Source of the DNA: Prevotella sp.
GTDB lineage: Bacteria > Bacteroidota > Bacteroidia > Bacteroidales > Bacteroidaceae
Direction: 5' to 3'
NCBI GenBank assembly: GCA_024682415.1
Contig: JAIKZG010000015.1
Location: 3,519-67,518 of the forward strand
Length of the DNA: 64,000 nucleotides
Position numbers and translations under genes: made by a program. The notes under the pieces were generated by a model, which was not told the origin of the DNA, made no database searches, and saw nothing but the letters and a program-made list of their open reading frames with translations. Below are positions 61,010-64,000 of the stretch, one piece after another (the stretch's first letter is position 1; every line of letters begins with the position of its first letter).

Positions 61010-61737
61010 GAAAACCTACTATCAAAAGTGTTCCTTACGAGGAGTTTAAGGATAACACTAAGCTGGAACAAATCGCTAAAGAGCTTAATGAAGGCGGCGT
61101 AAATGTAGTGTTGGGTTCGCTCGATCAGGCTATTAACTGGGGACGTAGTAATTCTCTATGGTCGCTTACTTTTGGTACCTCATGCTGCGGTATCGAATTT
61201 ATGGCGGTGGGCTGTGCCCGCTACGACTTTTCTCGTTTTGGCTTCGAGGTTACGCGTAACTCTCCACGACAGGCCGACTTGATTATGTGTGCCGGTACTA
61301 TTACCAACAAGATGGCACCTGTATTCAAACGTCTTTACGACGAAATGGCTGAGCCAAAATATGTCGTAGCCGTAGGTGGATGCACAATCAGCGGCGGCCC
61401 ATTCAAGAGCAGTTATAATGTGGTGAAGGGTATCAGCGAGCTGGTGCCGGTAGATGTTTATATCCCTGGCTGCCCTCCACGTCCGGAAGCTATCCTTTAT
61501 GGTATGATGCAGTTGCAGCGTAAAGTGAAGGTGGAGAAATTCCTTGGCGGAGCTAACCACAAGATGACGGCTGAGGAACGCGAGCAGAGCATGAAAAACG
61601 GCGGACTCCACGGCTTGAGCAATGAGAATATCTCTGCTGTGAAGAAGCTGCACGAGAATGCGCCTATCATTGTAACAAATGTGCCTGACGACTTCGACCC
61701 TAAAAAAGGACTCGACGGAGCAGACGAAAATAAATAA
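61000..61737 (+). CDS. nuoB: NADH-quinone oxidoreductase subunit B
   Basis: GTSCCGIE, SPRQADL, GGCTISGG, VDVYIPGCPPRPE. Confidence 0.95.
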   Translation: MEVRKPTIKSVPYEEFKDNTKLEQIAKELNEGGVNVVLGSLDQAINWGRSNSLWSLTFGTSCCGIEFMAVGCARYDFSRFGFEVTRNSPRQADLIMCAGTITNKMAPVFKRLYDEMAEPKYVVAVGGCTISGGPFKSSYNVVKGISELVPVDVYIPGCPPRPEAILYGMMQLQRKVKVEKFLGGANHKMTAEEREQSMKNGGLHGLSNENISAVKKLHENAPIIVTNVPDDFDPKKGLDGADENK

Positions 61738-61757
61738 TACATAAGGTAAGCACGAAT

Positions 61758-63335
61758 ATGAAACTAAATAATTTAGAATTCAATTTTGATGATTTTGCCG
61801 CTGAAATGGCGAAATTGAAGAATGAGAAACATTTCGACTACCTTATTACAATAGTAGGCGAGGACTTCGGAGAAGAAGAAGGACTCGGATGTATCTACAT
61901 TCTTGAAAATACTGATACTCATGAGCGCATCTCAGTGAAGATGATAGCTAAGAAGGTGGGCGAGAGCGACTTCGTAATCCCTACCGTGTGCAAGATATGG
62001 AAGGGCGCGGAGCTTTTGGAGCGCGAGGCTTACGACTTTGTAGGCATCAAGTTCCTTGGACATCCAGATATGCGTCGTCTTTATCTGCGCAACGATTTCG
62101 TAGGCTATCCTTTGCGCAAGGACTACGACATGAGCGAGGAGAACAATAAATTCCCTACCACCGACGAGCCTGCTGAGGATTGGACAGTGGAATATAATCT
62201 TAATGCCGACGGCGAACTTGTAGCTACAAAGCACCGCTTGTTTGAGGAGGACGATTATGTGGTAAACATCGGTCCTAACCACCCAAGTACTCACGGTGTG
62301 CTTCGCTTGCAGACTGTGCTCGATGGTGAGAGCATTAAGAAGATATATCCTCACTTGGGTTACATTCATCGTGGTATTGAGAAGATGTGCGAGGGATATA
62401 CTTATCCTCAGACATTGGCTCTTACCGACCGCTTGAATTATCTCGCGGCTATGATGAATCGTCATGCTCTCGTGGGAGTGATTGAAGAGGCAATGGGCAT
62501 TGAGCTTACAGATCGCATAAAGTATATCCGCACTATCATGGATGAGCTTCAGCGTATCGACTCTCACTTGCTTTTCCTCGGCACCAACGCTCAGGATATG
62601 GGCGCGCTTACAGCATTCCTCTATTGTATGCGTGACCGTGAGCATGTGCTCAACGTGATGGAGGAGACAACAGGCGGCCGACTCATTCAGAACTATTACA
62701 GAATCGGCGGATTGCAGGACGACATCGACGAGTATTTCGTGGAGAACTGCCACAAGCTGTGTGATTATCTCAAGCCTATGATTCAGGAATATCTTGATGT
62801 GTATGGCGACAATGTAATCACTCATCAGCGTCTGGAGAATGTGGGCGTGATGGATAAGGAAAACATCATCAGCTATGGTTGCTCTGGTATCACAGGTCGT
62901 GCATCGGGCTGGAAGAATGATATTCGTAAATATCATCCTTACGACATGTATGATAAGGTGGACTTTGAGGAAATCGTATGCGACGACTGCGACAATATGG
63001 GACGCTACATGAACCATATTCATGAGCTTCGCCAGAGCATAAGCATTATCGAGCAGCTTATCGATAATATTCCTGAGGGCGATTTCTATGTGAAGCAAAA
63101 GCCTGTTATCAAGGTGCCTGAGGGTCAGTGGTATTTCTCTTGCGAGGGTCCATGTGGTGAAATCGGCGTTTATCTTGATAGTCGTGGCGACAAGAGTCCT
63201 TATCGCCTGAAGATTCGTCCTATGGGATTGAGCTATGTTTCCGCTTTCGACGAGATGCTTCGCGGCGAGAAGATGGCGGATCTCATCGCTACGGGCGCTT
63301 CTGTAGATATTGTAATTCCTGACATTGATAGATAA
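61758..63335 (+). CDS. nuoCD: NADH-quinone oxidoreductase subunit C/D fusion
   Basis: LEREAYD...GHPDMRRL...GYPLRKD (C); NIGPNHPSTHGVLRL, GYIHRGIEK, C-terminal DIDR (D). Confidence 0.95.
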   Translation: MKLNNLEFNFDDFAAEMAKLKNEKHFDYLITIVGEDFGEEEGLGCIYILENTDTHERISVKMIAKKVGESDFVIPTVCKIWKGAELLEREAYDFVGIKFLGHPDMRRLYLRNDFVGYPLRKDYDMSEENNKFPTTDEPAEDWTVEYNLNADGELVATKHRLFEEDDYVVNIGPNHPSTHGVLRLQTVLDGESIKKIYPHLGYIHRGIEKMCEGYTYPQTLALTDRLNYLAAMMNRHALVGVIEEAMGIELTDRIKYIRTIMDELQRIDSHLLFLGTNAQDMGALTAFLYCMRDREHVLNVMEETTGGRLIQNYYRIGGLQDDIDEYFVENCHKLCDYLKPMIQEYLDVYGDNVITHQRLENVGVMDKENIISYGCSGITGRASGWKNDIRKYHPYDMYDKVDFEEIVCDDCDNMGRYMNHIHELRQSISIIEQLIDNIPEGDFYVKQKPVIKVPEGQWYFSCEGPCGEIGVYLDSRGDKSPYRLKIRPMGLSYVSAFDEMLRGEKMADLIATGASVDIVIPDIDR

Positions 63336-63339
63336 TATT

Positions 63340-64000
63340 ATGTTCGATTTTAGTGTAGTAACAAAATGGTTTGACGCGCTTCTCCGCCATACTCTTGGCT
63401 TGGGAGATGTGTGGTCAATATTGATAGAATGTGTGCTCGTAGGCATTTTGATTCTTACTTTCTATGCCGTCATAGCAATCATTCTTATATTCATGGAACG
63501 TAAGGTTTGTGCTTACTTCCAATGTCGTCTTGGCCCTATGCGTGTAGGTCCTTGGGGTATCTTCCAGGTGTTTGCCGATGTGCTCAAGATGTTGATAAAG
63601 GAGATTTTCGCAGTAGATAAGGCTGATAAGCTGCTTTATTATCTCGCGCCTTTCTTTGTTATCATAGCTTCTGTGTGCACATTCTCATTCTTGCCTTGGA
63701 ATAATGGCGCTGAGGTGCTCGATTTTAATGTGGGCGTATTCCTTATCACCGCTGTTTCTTCTCTCGGCATTATCGGTATCTTTATGGCAGGATGGGGTTC
63801 CAACAACAAGTACTCTGTAGTGAGTGCTATGCGTGGAGCCGTTCAGATGATTTCTTATGAAATGAGTCTTGGTCTTTGCCTTATCGCTGCCGTGGCAATG
63901 TGTGGCACAATGCAGATGAGCGAAATCGTAGGTCAGCAGACTGGCCCTTGGAACTGGTTGATTTTCAACACCAACTACATCGTTCCTCTCAATATCCCTG
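63340..64000 (+). CDS. nuoH: NADH-quinone oxidoreductase subunit H (partial, runs off window); not in ORF track
   Basis: MFDFSVVTKWFD...MERKVCAYFQCRLGPMRVGPWG...ADVLKMLIKE...GWGSNNKYS...AVQMISYE. Confidence 0.93.
   Translation, partial: MFDFSVVTKWFDALLRHTLGLGDVWSILIECVLVGILILTFYAVIAIILIFMERKVCAYFQCRLGPMRVGPWGIFQVFADVLKMLIKEIFAVDKADKLLYYLAPFFVIIASVCTFSFLPWNNGAEVLDFNVGVFLITAVSSLGIIGIFMAGWGSNNKYSVVSAMRGAVQMISYEMSLGLCLIAAVAMCGTMQMSEIVGQQTGPWNWLIFNTNYIVPLNIP

Noticed and set aside
61932-63446. 504-aa antisense ORF over nuoCD
   Set aside because: Same-register antisense frame kept open by scarcity of TTA/CTA/TCA codons; no promoter or motifs.

Overview
This 64-kb window looks like chromosomal DNA from a Bacteroidales organism, most like Prevotellaceae (TTTG-N19-21-TAnnTTTG promoters, SusB, GH115, nuoA-B-CD-H without nuoEFG). 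All product calls come from motif recognition by eye; no database was searched. Most of the window is housekeeping or metabolic: a starch operon (GH77, GH97, pullulanase), pyk, ribE, an acyl-CoA carboxylase cluster, a Czc-type RND pump with a two-component system, greA, a Dna2-like nuclease-helicase, tRNA-Ser(CGA), gpx-MarR-ferritin-like, pepT, asnA, dapA, dnaX and the start of the nuo operon. Four things stand out. (1) Three unrelated tandem arrays of 40-42 bp hairpin-containing units lie at about 9.2, 40.1 and 60.1 kb. Each sits beside broken or foreign-looking genes, and solitary units bracket an AT-rich 1.7-kb insert and overwrite the 3' end of the GH115 gene. (2) A porin-imelysin-dihaem cytochrome c-CcsA operon lies divergent from a RIC/hemerythrin-LuxR regulator, with two 7-2-7 operators between them. 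(3) There are two promoter-delimited non-coding RNAs: a probable 6S/Bacteroidales-1 RNA and a new ~90-nt sRNA candidate. (4) Several smaller REP-like repeats and orphan immunity-like genes are present. No CRISPR array, cas gene, integrase or transposase was seen.
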